Assembly (NCBI GenBank): GCA_030141605.1
Contig: JAQGDQ010000224.1
Span: 1-64,000 of the forward strand
Source: Tubiluchus corallicola
Lineage: Eukaryota > Animalia > Priapulida
DNA length: 64,000 nt
Direction of reading: 5' to 3'
Shown here: positions 13,101 to 26,900 of the stretch, piece after piece
How positions within the stretch are numbered: position 1 is the stretch's first letter
Layout of the letters: each line of letters opens with the position of its first letter
The notes under the pieces: model-generated
Told to the model about the DNA's origin: nothing
Database searches by the model: none
The model's input: only the letters and a program-made list of their open reading frames with translations
Translations under genes and position numbers: made by a program

Positions 13101-16100
13101 GACGATTACTTGCAGAGATTATTCTTTGTTTGAGCTCTTGCTGCTCACCAGGTGGCAGCAGTTCCTTGAATAACCGTGGTGTACTTAACTGAGAAGCAGT
13201 GGAATCTGCGGAACATCTATCAAATCTGTTTACAAATAAACATAAACATAAGAAAAGTAAACAACAAAATGTATTTAAAGAGCAAAAGTAAGTCTAAAGA
13301 TTTATTAAAAAAATTCTGCCAGGTAATACTTGTACTATAACTTTAATGGCACAATAAAGAGAGAGCAAAAACTACCCTCAGACAGTAAGTGCGAGCTCAC
13401 ACTCAATTCTCTATTCACTACAAAAACTCACCGATGTATCAACTCACAGGAACTGTCGGATATTTCGCAATAAATTACTGACAATAATAAACACTTGTTC
13501 ACACTTGTGAGTTTGCTGTCAGAGAGAAAATTCGCAACAGAAAACTTGCTAATCTGAATGTGCGTAAGATATTTTGCTGTCAGTTTGCCAAACTACTGCA
13601 GTTATCAAAAAACTAACGTGAACAGTAACCGACCAGATTAACAAAAAGATTCTGTAAAAAGATTATCAATGTTACAAGCTGAGGTGTCACAGATATAGCT
13701 GCAGCAGTGATGTCACATGATGAGATTTTGTAATTGGATTATAAGTTTCTTCTTGCAATTCGATATCACAATTAATCCTTTGTAGCGATTTTTCAGTGTT
13801 ATGTTTCAATGATTAAAGTGAATAATGAATGAACAATATAGTGAAAAATAAACTTTTTAATGGCTTTCATCCCTGCCTACCATTTTCGTACTTAAACTAT
13901 TTTTACGCACCGTTTTTCATTAGCTGTTCTATGACTACATCACAACGGGCATCACCAATGAATATGAACCTTTCACATTCCAATTCTGTAGTTCGCAACT
14001 GTGTGCATAGTATAAGGCGAGAAAAACAAAGAAAAAAATGCAGATTCCATGCTCTCAATTTGCAAGTGGTTATAATTGGGATTAATTTAATTAATCGCCC
14101 AATTGGGATTAATTTAATTAATCACCCATCTCCAAGCTGCAACACTATATGTAATATCAAATGCACGCAATGTTTCACCTAGTGTTTTACGAATTTTAAT
14201 ACTATAATTCGTCATATTTTTTCATTTCTCAAACACGGAAAGAAAACATACATGCTTGGCCTAGCCTTCGACTTCAGGGATGACTGCCAGGAAGATGCAA
14301 CAGCTGACGAAGCCATGGAAACATTCGTGAAATTTTGTACAACTTGTCGATACCGCTCAAGGTCCTCAAGATCCTCCAACTAAACAAACGATAAAAAACA
14401 CCAATTTTAACGATTGTTATATGAAACACTAGTTGCCTTCAAAATGTTAGAGTATAACGAAAGCGTCAAAATGTTTGAAGCATCAAATACATCAAATTTG
14501 TTGCCAAAATTGTTATCACAGAAAAAATATCAAAACAAACGCTTTGGCTACGATGATTTCCGTGCTAAACCACACCTATCCATGCATTACTAAGCTTAAC
14601 AAGCATTATCAAGCATTAACAGTTTTGTTTTCTAACTTAAGCTGAATCAGTGGCTTTCATTATCACATTATCCCACGTGAACAATAATTAACATTTACTT
14701 ATAGCATAAGCATGTAAATATTTATGTCTGTAATTTGGTGATAAAGAAAAACTATTAGATACGCCATAAAAATTGATCATCATAAACAAAACAACTTTAT
14801 TAAAACTTTTACATTGCATAATTAAATCATGCCAAACATCTCAAGAGACTACTGCTGTCATCGTTAGAGGTAAATTTACAAGCATACTACCAGTTTATAT
14901 AGGCAGAGCTTATTACTCACTAATTAAGTAATTAACAGAAGCCAAATAGGTAATGAATAAACAGACCGCAAAAGAAACTGACACAGTAACTCATGCACTA
15001 ATTAGGTGTTTACAAAAAGCCAAATAGGTAATGATTAAGCAGACCTGAAGAAAAGAAACTGATACAGTAACAAATAGCTAAGTGTTTGAAAATAAAGTTA
15101 ATTGAATCGAACTACTTTGTACATTAAGAGAAGGCTAATTGGGGCACATATATGAATTACCTTTAAGCTTTAATTACTCTCAAGTAATTAATGTGCATTC
15201 ATCCTTTAGTTCATTGACCACAAATAAACATATTTCACAGTAATGTATTATAAATGTAATACATCGTGAAACCTCTTAGATTAGATTTGCTCACAACGGC
15301 TTCTTAACAGAACTCTTTCAACTAACGGTGAAAAGTAAAGTTGCTAAAATGACTTGCAAGTCATATATCTGACAATTCATTTACCTAATTGTCATTTATC
15401 AGTCATGAGCGTCAAGCAAATTCCATATCAAAATAAGAATATGGTAATAAATTGTACCTTCTCAACGAGAAACAACACTTACCTGTCTGGCTGTTGTATC
15501 AGGCCTATATTTCCGAAACCTATCCCTATGAGGGCCACTGTTTAACGGTCGTCTGCTTGTGACAAGGTTACTCAACGTCGGCTGATATGATTTTAATCGT
15601 GATTTGCTGCTAACAAAATACAAGAAATTAATAAATGTGGTCTTTTAGTAACATAGACATATATTCCTTGATCAAAAACATTTACATATGTAATGTGTAT
15701 AGACATGTAATGCCAAAACAATTATTAGGAAAACTGCATCTAACTAACAAAATATACAATGTCCAATTTACAAAGCAAATGTCTGAACATGTATCGGAGA
15801 ATTTTGCACTAATCTCACAAGTTATTTTTCCTCTGCTAAGCAGGCTATGTTTCCACTGTTGTTAGTTAACAAAATTATGCAAAAACCACTCAATAAATTT
15901 CAAGGAAACTCTGAGAAGAAGGCAAACATGAAACAAGAAAAAATGCTTTCAAATTTAGTTACGATCAATTTCAAATTACAAAGAAAATCAATCCTATTTG
16001 ATTAACTATATAGTTATGTGGGGAAGTTCTTTCTGGGGTCATAATAAAAAATGCAAAAAAGTCGCAAAGAGCAAGTGTGCATGCCATTAATGAAGTCAGA

Positions 16101-19100
16101 GAAACTGATGACGTCTTAATGTATGCAGCTGTGTAGTTTCACTCCCCAAGCCTTAACCCTTTACTGAGTGCCATTTAGTAGGAAATGTTTTCGTAAGTGC
16201 ATTCTTTTTTGGTGACCAGAAACAACAACTGCCATTGTTTTGGATATAAGCACATGGTGCCTCCTTGTGTTTGTTTTTTGCAAAATTAAGCTGTTGATCA
16301 ACAGGTGAGCTACAACAGGAAATAGGCCATTGGCCTCATTTTGGAGACAGGCTAGGAAAGAAGTCATTTTTGTTCAATATGTCGTGTCAGTCGAGGTCAA
16401 TTTTGTCAGTCGAATTCTCTTTAGCAAATTAGTAAGATGCGGCAAAGATGTAAGTTTGATTTCTTCATATTTCGTAATATATTATTATATATTTTCATCA
16501 TAGCAATTAATTATTTTTTTGACATTGGATTAGCAGAAACTGTTTTTATTTGCTTCAGATAAAATGAAGTCGACTCACATATAATACGTCAGTCAGTCAG
16601 CCAGTCAAGTATGTCATGATGTGATAGTGATTCTGCAATTAGATGATGACATTTTGGATAAAAAAAAATCATAAATTACATCTAAAAGACTGTGGACTTG
16701 TATTTAGCGCATGTCGCACACAGCCACATTTATTCATTATTGCGCAAATAAAATATACCTTTGTTCAGGTACAGCACTGTGAGAAGTTTCTTTACCAGGT
16801 AGATTGGTAGTTCTCCTTGATCGAATGATGGAACTTTGATGTCTACCGTTGGATATGCAGTTTCCATCTATTTCAACATACTTGGCAGCTACAAAAATAA
16901 AAACTGTAAATAATGTTGTAGTTGTTATAATCAATATAATAAAATAGTATTTGTAATTTAATACGTTTTACTGAATGTTAACACTGAACACTGATGACAG
17001 CGTCGATGCATTAGGTAAATCATGATGATCAACGTTGTATGCCATCTAACTTACTAACTTCATGAAAACGGAAATTGCTAATTAAACTTGACTTCAAAAT
17101 GAAAAGCCTATTTCGTAATGGCACAATAATAACATACTTTCGTGTCTACACGAGGGCAGCTGTAATTAAAAGAGTGCAAAAACAGTACTTATGCAAGAAA
17201 AGTAATCTTGTTAAACTAAATTCTGTAAGCTTGTTTACGACAGGTGAATCATGAAGCTTAAACTTCACAATGTTCAGGCAACTTTAATCTTTCACATTTA
17301 CCTCATGATATTGCAGTTTTTGCGTTAATTATTATTTTGCTTGCTCTACTAAAATCAGGTACAACAAATTAGTGCAATGGTGTGACCAAGGCAAGTCTTC
17401 ATATCATAAAATGTGCAACATACGATGTTTAAATTTGCTTCCATCGTCCTCTGTGATGCTGCTGTTAAGATTGTACTCTTTCTTTCCGTCGCCCGAATTG
17501 CTCATAAACGGCGATGACGGCAAAGACTGGAACAAAAAACGATAAATATCATCATGGTCATCATTACCACTACCACTGTCATCATCATCAACAACAGCAA
17601 CAATGACATCATCATCTCTTTATCTCTCTTGGGGGCAGATTATAGACTCACATTATGTAACTTTACCCAAAAACAAAATTTAGTTAGACTGGCTAAAGAA
17701 AATATCAAGTGACTAAATTCTTGGTGAATAAAGACCTCTGTATTCTAAATCTGCTTTCATTATACTTGGACTACTATAACACAAAAATAGTCATAGTAGC
17801 TAAATTTGACTAAAAAAAATTGGGAGGGTAAGCTGGCCCTGCCAATATGTGTAGTACATGTAGTGAATACGACATCAACTGGGGAAAATATATCAAGAAG
17901 GCTAATCTTTTAATTCGAAAGCTTTGTGGAGATGAAGTGGTCATCACTCTAGAGAAGGGGTACAAATCAATCCAAAGATGGAGGAGAGAACAAAACATCT
18001 GATAATTAGCATTATTGCTGCTGTGGGTTTATTATTGACACCTAAAACGAGGCTAGAAGACAAGTACGATTTAAAATGAGAAAACAAATAAATAAATAGA
18101 AAATACTGTGATATCTGCAACCTGCCTACAATAACAAGCAGCAAATATTTTAGCACCAACATTTGGAGTTTCATTTTTTGACAGTAAAAGTCACCTGGCA
18201 TTCTAAGTTTCATCACAAATTTTTAACTACAATGAACAACCAGCCTTTGGGGCGATTATGATTACAATCGTTTAGGATTAGAAAAAATTACAGCCTTAAT
18301 TGTTAATGCAGATCATAAAAAATGTACAATCATTAGTTTCAAGAAGTAAGCCTACTTGCACACAAAATTTTTTCTGCTTTTTACACAACTCGAAAATGAG
18401 GTCCTAAGAAAATTATGGGTACTGAGAAAATAACACATGCAACTAAAAATATAGGGAACTAAAACTGCTGTTGCAGCATCTTTTATTACAGCTTAGCTAC
18501 ATTTGTAAAAAAAAACTAATAACCTGTAATATAAATATGTACACTGTTTAAGCTGTAAAGAATTAAAGACAACATTATGCTATTATTAATGTAAATACAA
18601 GATTAACAATAGAAAGAACTTTTGCATGTTTTACGAAACTTCCAGTGGCGGCTCGTGTATAGGTACTACGGTACTACAGCACACCCTGTTCTCACTCATG
18701 ATTATCGTTAAGATTTAATATAATAAGTCTTTTTCTTTAATTCTTTCTTTAAACTTGTGCAGAACCGGAGTACATGAGGGAAGTATGCTTGACTGCCCAA
18801 GCAAAGTGGTGTTTGGCTGTCACGCATGTCTGAGATAAAACGCTGCACTTTAGGTAGAAAGTACTGTCACACACATAGTTTGTGTTATCAGTTGTCACTT
18901 GCTTAAAATCCGTGTACCGATATTCTTGAACTGCTTTCTTGAACAATTTAGCCTATTCGAAAGCAAACAACATTTTTTGTACACAGGATTTTATCAAGTT
19001 TAAGTACAAATTTTCGTACATGTTTGTTTGTTTAAAATTACAATTACAAAATTAAAATTACATATGTTTGTTACATTTTACACAGCATTAAAACAATGGC

Positions 19101-22100
19101 TAAAAATTTTGTGAAGTTGCACCCCCACTAATTTTAACTATGAACTGCCACTGGAAACATCTGCATGAAACAAAGGCAATTTACCGCAAATCAGTTTAGC
19201 CCTAAAATCACCGAAGCGTTTTCATCAAAAGCTTTTAAAGCTCGAGGTGCCAAAATCAGATACAGCCAGCGATTTTAATAAAATGTTATCAAATACTAAT
19301 GACAATTTTTGTAAAGTGGCAACAATCTGACTACTTAGGCACGGTAAGGCAGTACACTGTAGATATTTTGCTTTGAAATTTATACAAAGTTTCATACTGT
19401 ACAAGTAATAATAATAAATAAATAAAAACTTACATGCTGTGAATTGTGGTTGTAGTTTCTTGAGTCTCTCATGGGGATATGACGTTCTACTAATCTTGGT
19501 TTGGCTCTTTCACTTTTTTGATTCTGGTTTCGTTGAATGTCGTACTGACGCTTAAACTCGGTTGGCGTTGGGTATAGCCAGTCCATGATGTGAAAGGGTA
19601 GAATGCTTAACCAGTTGGATGGACGAGGCTTCTTTGGCTTCGGTGCAAGAATGCAGTCTATCTCAATATCTGAATCGTCTAATTCACCACTGGTGTAACT
19701 GAAACAAAGTTCACAGTCACAGGCTAAGGCACAATTCAGAATTATTTCAGTCACATCATAGAAAAATGCATACATCTGTAACCTACTCGGTATATTCTGG
19801 ATTAACAGAATTTTTTAGCAACCTCGATAAGGATTGAAGTTTAAAGTCAAGACAAGGTCTCAAAAAGCTAAAGAACTGTAACAAAGACACTTTAATAATT
19901 CAATTCAGTTCACTTCAATTTATTGAGCAAATATGCAAGTAACATTACATACACTGGCAAATACAAAAAGAAAGTGTAAAAGAGAGTGTAAAGAGAAATT
20001 TGGTAACTAGAAATTAAATTACAGCATAGATATTATTTTATACAAAATTCTGAAACTTGCTTGCAAAGTCTAAAAGACCTAACAATAACATGGTTTTTGC
20101 CGGTTTCTTCTCAATGACTTCCGAAATTGAGCCAGACTTGATACTTCAACAATTTCATTATCAAGAGAATTCCGAGGGCCCACAACATGAGATAAGTGGG
20201 CTCTGATACTACTGCAGGAGTACCGTACAAATAATTTACAGTTGTGGCCACGTTTATCAAGTAGTGGTCTAGAAAAAATTATCTACACAAAATTGGGCGC
20301 ACTTACAGTTTAGGTGGTTCTCCTTACGCCCAACCACCTTCCCATACCAGTCCCACTGCCGACACTCTACCGCCTTTCCACTCCAAACCTCCCAACCCTC
20401 TCCCGCTCTATCGCCTGCGCCCAAGAACACCACGCCGCCAAAAATGTCAAGCCCCCAAGACTGCCAAGCTGTGTAATCCAAAATTCAGCTTCGCCAAAAA
20501 TAATTGACTGACTAACTGACTAGCTTAGCTAGCTAACTAACTAACAATCTTCGTAGAGTCACCTTAGTTGTATGGCATGAAGAGCAAAAATTATCGTATG
20601 TTCCAATATTAATTACATAACTTATTGTATAAACCGCGACCCTACTTTGCTGGTTGCGCCACGTTTCGAAAGAGAAACAAATGTTACTTAGAAAACAACG
20701 CCGGTAGAATACGCCACTTACTAGAACACACAGACACTGCAAAATGGCGCACGTTGGAAAAATTCGCCTGAAGCTCTTTTTAACTTTTCAGTAAGTTTAC
20801 AATTTTGCTCTTTTTTTATGAAGCACGGTTATTTCCTAGGCTGTGGCATACAGTAGTATATAAAAAATATCGCTCTCTGCTAACTCCTAAAAAAAATATT
20901 TCCTGAAATCGCTCAATCTTAGTCCGATCTTGTGACGCTAGCAGTAAGTTTTTTAAAATTACTTTTTATAAATAGGAGGTATGTTTCAACTTTTCTTTAA
21001 ATCAGTGTGCAGATAAAGGATGCATCTTTCTATTGCAGCCCTGCTTTCAGCGATATTTTTGAAATGGATGATGTGAGAATGCCTTAAACAAAAACCTCCT
21101 AAACTGCAATCTACCCAAAAAAAATCGAATTACCACCGATGACTTCATAACAGGATAAATCTATACTATCACAGCATTGTCTTGAAGTCTTGAATAATAT
21201 ACTTCTAAAAGTCTTTGACGACATACTAGAAGTTTGGAGTGCACATGGTTAGTGTACTCGCTGAGAAAAGCAACTCGCTAACTGGTGATGGTTTAAGAGG
21301 TTATGAAAAGAGGTTGAAACAAGCAAAGTGGTGGGTGGACGGGCTAAGAACAAAGTTAGATTTACAGACAGGTTAGATGGGATGGCACCCTCATGGTAGA
21401 AACAGCAGACGGTGCTAGTGCTCGGAAGTGATCTCTAGAAGTGATTTCTCTGATATCCGGTGGACGTTTGTTCCACAAGCGTATTGCTCTGGGGTAGAAG
21501 GAGTATAAATAAATATTGACTCTTGCTGATGGCTGAACAAATTTGAGAGACGGGGTGATGTAAGTTGGTAAATTTATACTTATCCTGTGATGCACTATAT
21601 CATGAAAAATGTTTAGTATAGTTTGTCGGCGTCTAATTTCTAGTGTTTCCAACCCGAGTTCGGAGATCATCTTAGATACTTCAGCATTTCTGGTATAATC
21701 ATTTCGTACAAATCGTGCTATATTTCGCTGGACTTGATCAATGCGCTTGATGTCAATAATTGTGTATGGGTTCCAAGCTGCGATACCATATTCTAGCCTG
21801 GGTCTGACCAGGGCTTGATATGCTCTTTCTCTGACTTCTTGATGACATGGATGTAGCGTCCTGGTTGCACGAGTGACTATTTCCTGGCAGTGCTCACCCC
21901 AACGAAGATTTGTTCAAGAGAAGATACAGAGTCTAGTTAAATATCAGAAGATAGACTAATACATCCCTATTAAGTTCATTCTAAAGCATTTTTTAGAAGG
22001 ACAACACATGCACCGGACAAATATCTTCTTCAAAATTTCAATAGAACATAAGCAAATGCTAGCTGGAATGATGTAAACTACCTAACAGAACTAGGAAGTG

Positions 22101-22313
22101 CACAAGTTCCACATATATAACGATATGTAGAACATTCTACTTAAGAATTGAGCCAGAACAGAAAATTCCGGACAACAGAAGGTAATTTCTGATAACGAAC
22201 ACTGGCAATTGCGAGAAAGCATACCTAGCACCTTCGCGACGTCTCTTAACAGGTTTTCCTCGATCTTCAGGCGAAAAATAAGATTTTAACTTATTTGTCA
22301 CTGCAGAAAGCAT
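4171..22313 (-). CDS. SENP1: Sentrin/SUMO-specific protease, SENP1/SENP2-like (Ulp1, peptidase C48), 16 coding exons, about 700 aa
   Basis: Exons 22313-22225, 19698-19434, 17526-17424, 16888-16759, 15609-15483, 14379-14252, 13225-12978, 12260-12128, 10940-10856, 10312-10183, 9875-9733, 8627-8424, 7758-7679, 5713-5635, 5479-5384, 4233-4171; all GT-AG and phase-consistent. C48 motifs: [38 protein letters not shown] (His), YYDSM (Asp), [10 protein letters not shown] (Gln/Cys), [12 protein letters not shown]. The N-terminal exons are less certain than the catalytic ones. Confidence 0.93.
4381..4628. repeat. (ATAGA)n pentanucleotide microsatellite, about 50 copies, in the last SENP intron
   Basis: Direct reading. 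Explains the FYSIL-repeat ORF 4377..4652. Confidence 0.98.
6650..7450. repeat. 42-bp minisatellite, about 19 near-identical copies, intronic in SENP
   Basis: Unit aatgctgagcctgtcaacaagtacaggagagatactgctgga. Gives 14-aa periodic ORFs on both strands. Confidence 0.97.
7975..8285. repeat. Degenerate (CAC/CAT)n trinucleotide low-complexity tract, intronic
   Basis: caccatcaccaccatcat runs. Explains the His/Pro/Thr-rich ORFs 7916..8329 and 7941..8276. Confidence 0.95.
11391..12170 (-). repeat. 55-bp tandem array (14 units) made of the SENP exon-8 3' end plus its 5' splice site
   Basis: Units start at 11401, 11456, 11511 ... 12116. On the minus strand each reads ...tcctactctgacatgaactggattgataacct|gtaagtactcag, matching the real exon end ([12 protein letters not shown]|gtaagt at 12128). 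Confidence 0.95.
18643..19153. mobile_element. hAT-type non-autonomous element (MITE)
   Basis: TIRs cagtggcggctc / gaactgccactg; 8-bp TSD gaaacttc / gaaacatc (7 of 8 match). Confidence 0.75.
20090..20270 (-). mobile_element. Decayed 3'-end remnant of a CR1/L2-group LINE ORF2
   Basis: Minus strand gives RGHNCKLFV...HVV...[20 protein letters not shown], resembling the RGH..KL / WNSL..VV....FK tail of CR1/L2-group ORF2. Confidence 0.45.
21362..21912 (-). mobile_element. 5'-truncated CR1/L2-group LINE fragment (post-RT C-terminal region of ORF2), in SENP intron 1
   Basis: Minus-strand translation LRWGEHC...[20 protein letters not shown]...[12 protein letters not shown]...[10 protein letters not shown]...[11 protein letters not shown] is typical of non-LTR ORF2 C-termini. 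Confidence 0.85.
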
Positions 22314-22410
22314 GTCTTCTATATAGCCGAAAATGTTAAGACAATTAACGCCAATTAGTAAGGTAATGTTACATTCCCAGAATTTCTTCTTGTACAGAAA
22401 CGAGATTTAG

Positions 22411-22420
22411 AAAATGGCGG
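22411..22420. promoter_or_regulatory. YY1-like motif (AAAATGGCGG / CCGCCATTTT) near the probable SENP transcription start, in the SENP-MED1 divergent promoter
   Basis: Matches the YY1 core and lies about 100 bp upstream of the SENP ATG (22313). The MED1 ATG is at 23988 on the other strand. Confidence 0.4.
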
Positions 22421-22515
22421 AATGCGGCACAAAAAACTAAAAACAAAATAAACCGAAATTTCTTCCTTTTTCGCTCACAGAAGCGTAGCGCACGATTCCC
22501 ACAATGTAGTTTAAC

Positions 22516-22945
22516 TAGGGGTGAGCTTCTCTACGAAAGCGAATTCGAATCTGACCGAATTTGTGACTTTCGAATTCGAACCGAACTTCAGTGTTTCGAA
22601 TTCGAACCGAATTCGAATTGAGAGCGAAAGATTTTCGAACAAGTTTTTGAACCACCAGCAAAAATTAGTCTTTCAAAGTCATGTATATCACTAGATTTTG
22701 TTCTGCAATAAAACGACTAGTAATTTCTTTAAAATTGTGTGCAGAAATCACAGCTAAATTATGCTAGTTGCATGATGTTTTAATCGTTTTAGTGATAAAT
22801 AACATGTGTGATTGAAGTGCTGAATTATTCGAATCTATAGTTTTGGATTCGAATCGAGTTCGAACTAAAAAAACTCGTTCGAATCGAATTCGAGCGTTCG
22901 AATTCGATTCGAACGTTCGAACTCGAACGTTCGATGCTCACCCTA
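22516..22945. mobile_element. hAT-like MITE with clustered subterminal TTCGAA/GAATTC repeats
   Basis: TIRs taggggtgagc / gctcacccta; flanks gtttaac / gtttaaac form a near-perfect 8-bp TSD; many ttcgaa motifs near both ends. Confidence 0.75.
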
Positions 22946-23987
22946 GTTTAAACCTTTTAAAATTTTGATCGGATCATGTAATGCAATTACATTATTTCAT
23001 AATAAGGCTTTGCATTCCTCATTCTCAATCTGCAACAATTGTTTTATGCTTTGTATGTATCAAATTACAAAAAAGCCGGTGAAAGAATTAGGAAGGAGTA
23101 TCTTGCCGGGACTTTCATTTATTATAGGTTTAGAAAAAGCCTTCACACATTCAATTGGGACAGACAAATAGGCATCCATTAAGTGCTTTTTTATATTCCT
23201 AATAAAAATATCTTCTTCACAAATCACACATAGGCACAAAAAATGGAAGTGATGCATTTTCATTTCTCAATAACATTTTTGTGATTTTTCCAAGCATTTT
23301 CTTCTTCACGTGTTTACTACAAGTCAGATAACTCATAGCATTCAGTAGTTATGGCACATGTCTTGCCTGAATTGTTCTTCCAAAAACACAGTATTAAAAT
23401 GATTCATGATCCATGATGCTAAAAGTACTATCAACTTTTACAAAAGTTGTTGAACATTTTCATGTCAGTAATATATACAACCTTAACCTAATGCCAGAGA
23501 GAGAGAGGGGGGGAGAGAAGTTTAGTGATGCTTTTTCAAACTTTAAACCTTTGCTGCCAGTGGCTTGCAAACAGTGCTGAGGATCCCTCAAATATTACTC
23601 ATTCAATGTAGCAAAAACCGGATGGCCAATAAACCTATCATTTTCAACTCTCATTATTAAATTTTTGTTTTTTTTATGATATTTCATTTTTAAACTGGAA
23701 CAGATGTGTAATTTTTAAGTCATTTTCTTTTTCCATTTTTCTGAATTATACAATTTTTATGTCACTGTGATTTTTGAATCAGAATACTATATCTTAATAA
23801 TTGTCTTTAAAAATAACTTTGCATACAGTCTATTGTATTTTTTTCGGTTTATTTAGTATTTAATGTGTACTATATTGCTTTGCCAATGTACAATTATGGT
23901 TTTGTGCAAATAAAACAAGTTGAATAGAACTGAAATAAACTTGATGTAAAACTGCATTTTTGGTTTTCCAAATAGTTTGTTTTCAAT

Positions 23988-26900
23988 ATGTCAGCCATGT
24001 CCGTAACAGGTAAATTGTAAATTTTCAATACTTTTAGGCTGATTATTTTTGTTGTCAGATTATATATTGATAATTTATTAGGTAGTCCGAGGCAACATAG
24101 TAGTTAGTCATAAGACATTTTTTTTAACTGAACTGGGCGGTCGTAAATGTAAGTGCAAATATTCCCAGATTATCAAAAGGATATCCGTAGGGCGAAACTA
24201 TACTCCATAGGCTCATTTACCGAATTCGTTTGTGTTAAATTTTCGGTTAGCCATTTAACTCCTTGCCAACGGGTACATACATTGACGAGTAAAACAAAAC
24301 CATGTCAACTAAAATTTCAAACAACCACATTCAATAAAAAACGGAAAAGAAACGGTGAAATTTTGTTTTCTAGCCAGTGAAAATTCATTGCAAGTAAACA
24401 AATTTAGTACTTGAATTTGCCAGTAATTAAATAAATGCGCACATTATGTGCTCAGCTACGATGCCAGCTGGTACTTCAACAGCTCACAGGTCCCTCATTA
24501 TAATCAGCTGCGCCCAGCGCAGCACAGACTCGCCTGCTACAAGAGGTTACATTCCTGTTCAAATTTCATGACACCTTGGCGTTTTTGAACAGCTATCAAA
24601 CTTACAACATTAGAGTGATTTGAATACTTCTTGCAAAATTTTATGCAAAAAAGAAGACTACAATTCTTGTCTTGAACAGTTTCAGATACAAGCTATCACT
24701 TGGAAATTAGAAGGGTTTGAAACGAAAATTCTTTGAAAATTGTACAGACATTTCATATCAGCCTATTGATTACTCAACTATATATATATATATATATATA
24801 TATATTGTGAATCCAGCATGACAAAATTAAATGAAAACTTTTTCTTATAAAATCATATGAACACGAAATCAACATGGTTGTAGACTTACTGCAAAGTAGT
24901 CAATGCATAAATATTTTATTTCTTTCTGCGCAGCATATAATGCGAAACAAATAATGTGAACTAACACGTTGTGTTTTGTGGAAACCTACTGCAGAAAAGA
25001 CTTCTCTTTAAATGACTATGGTAATGTGGTCAACTGCTAATTTTTCACCGTTTTCTAGAGATGCATAAATCATTTTGCAGATCGTACAACTTCTCCTGAA
25101 AGCAAGGTGAACGATGGTAAGCTGGATGAATTAATGAATCGTCTGCGAACAAAGACAGCCAAAATAAAATCATGGGAAGAAACTGCAAAATCCCTGCGAA
25201 TGTCTATGCAAGTAAGTATCTGACTAGTGATGGGACAAGTACGGAATTTGCTCAAATGTCGAATAAATAAGGAATATCTCATTTCAGAATATCAAATAGT
25301 CTTTGAATATATTTAAATATGAACGAATCGAGTGGTGATGAAATTCACACCTTTGGAGGTATTCACACATCCTGAATCTCCATTTCATGAGGATCATTTC
25401 GATACCAAGCTTATTGGTATAAATAACCAAAGCTTATTTTCGAAAAATGGGTGTGCTTCCAGCAAGAACATCCAGAAGTAGGGAGTTAAATGTTTTTAGT
25501 TATTCACACATCCTGAATCTCCATTTCATGAGGATCATTTCGATACCAAGCTTATGTTCTATGTTATTTCTAACCTAGAGATAATCCTCACTTAAAAACG
25601 TCATTTGAGAATATCGCTGGTAAAGTTTGCCATTGTTTTTTGTCGCACTTCTACAAAAGTACTTGGCAACCGTACTACGAACAGGTCTTTGCTATGGGCT
25701 TTGCAAGAACATATTGAAGTTATGCTCAAATCGTGCAGATGGCAACAAAAAAACTGCAAACAAAATAACTGCTTCCGCGAGCTACTATCGGAGTTTAAAA
25801 ATAGGAGTTTTTCACGGATGCAATTGCTAATTTTTAAGCAGAAAAGTAGGTAAAAAGTTATAAAATTGAATTTTTAGTATTTTCTAGACCATTTCCTGAC
25901 ATTTTGATGCCAGAACGTAAAAATCCAATGTTTAGCATTTGTTTTTGTAAAAAAACAAAAATTTTATGTTTCACCCAATTTTTGATTCATTCTATTTTGA
26001 AGGATCATAACACAATTGTAACTATCCTAACAAGTGAATGGCTTTGGTTTGCAAGCACACATATGAAAATTGTACGAATTCTCTGTCTATTTATCTTGAC
26101 AGGAATAGTTAAGTCTAATACAGATTGCTGATTAACAATTTTGAGTTTTGATTTCAAGTTATATTGATAACATAACATATCATATTCAATTTCTTGGATT
26201 TCAGGACAAGCGGTCAGTTTTGGATAATATAGATCGCGGTCAACTTCAGAAATGTTTGGACAGTTTGCAAAAAGCAATCAAAGGTATTTGATTCAATGGT
26301 TATCTGGGGTCTTGCTCAAGAACTTTGACCAATGATTGACTAAAAATGGTTTTTGATAGAGTATTGCATTGCTGAATAGTCAGTTGCACAATCAATTGTT
26401 GTGGCATTTGCTCAGATTTTTTCTTCAGATTTTTCACATATTCTAGTGTTATGAATTTTGCAGCTGCCGTTAATCTGAACATTTCTTCTATGTTTATTTT
26501 AGTGACTTCTATAGAAACATTGGTTGAACGCTTGGACAGCATATCTCGTCAGCTGGGGTATGTTGCTTCACAGTAATTATGTTGTCATGTGATTGTCCAT
26601 TACTACTGTGAAACATTCATTCATGAAATGTGTTACATTACTGTAAAGTTGCTTACATTTCATTGTTATATAAAGTTATTCGCCTCCTTTCCTGATGGTC
26701 TCAAGCCCATTTCATAGCGGAGGAAGCATTGGAAAGCTCTTCGACAAAAAATTCCTTGCGGCATTCCTCTCGAAAACAATTCCTTGTGAGGAAATCTGCT
26801 GCCAGCTAGAAGCCTTATGAGAAAATTGTCGCATCATAGAAATAGTGCAAGTTGAATTTTTGTGAGGAATCCTTGAGGAGCTCCAATTGAAATTTAACTA

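Noticed and set aside
17302-17355. Possible extra SENP exon ending at a GAG|gtaaat donor
   Set aside because: Stops in the required frame, and the flanking exons already join in phase.
22414-22440. ATG GCG GAA as the MED1 start codon
   Set aside because: It hits TAA after 8 codons. The phase-compatible start is ATG at 23988.
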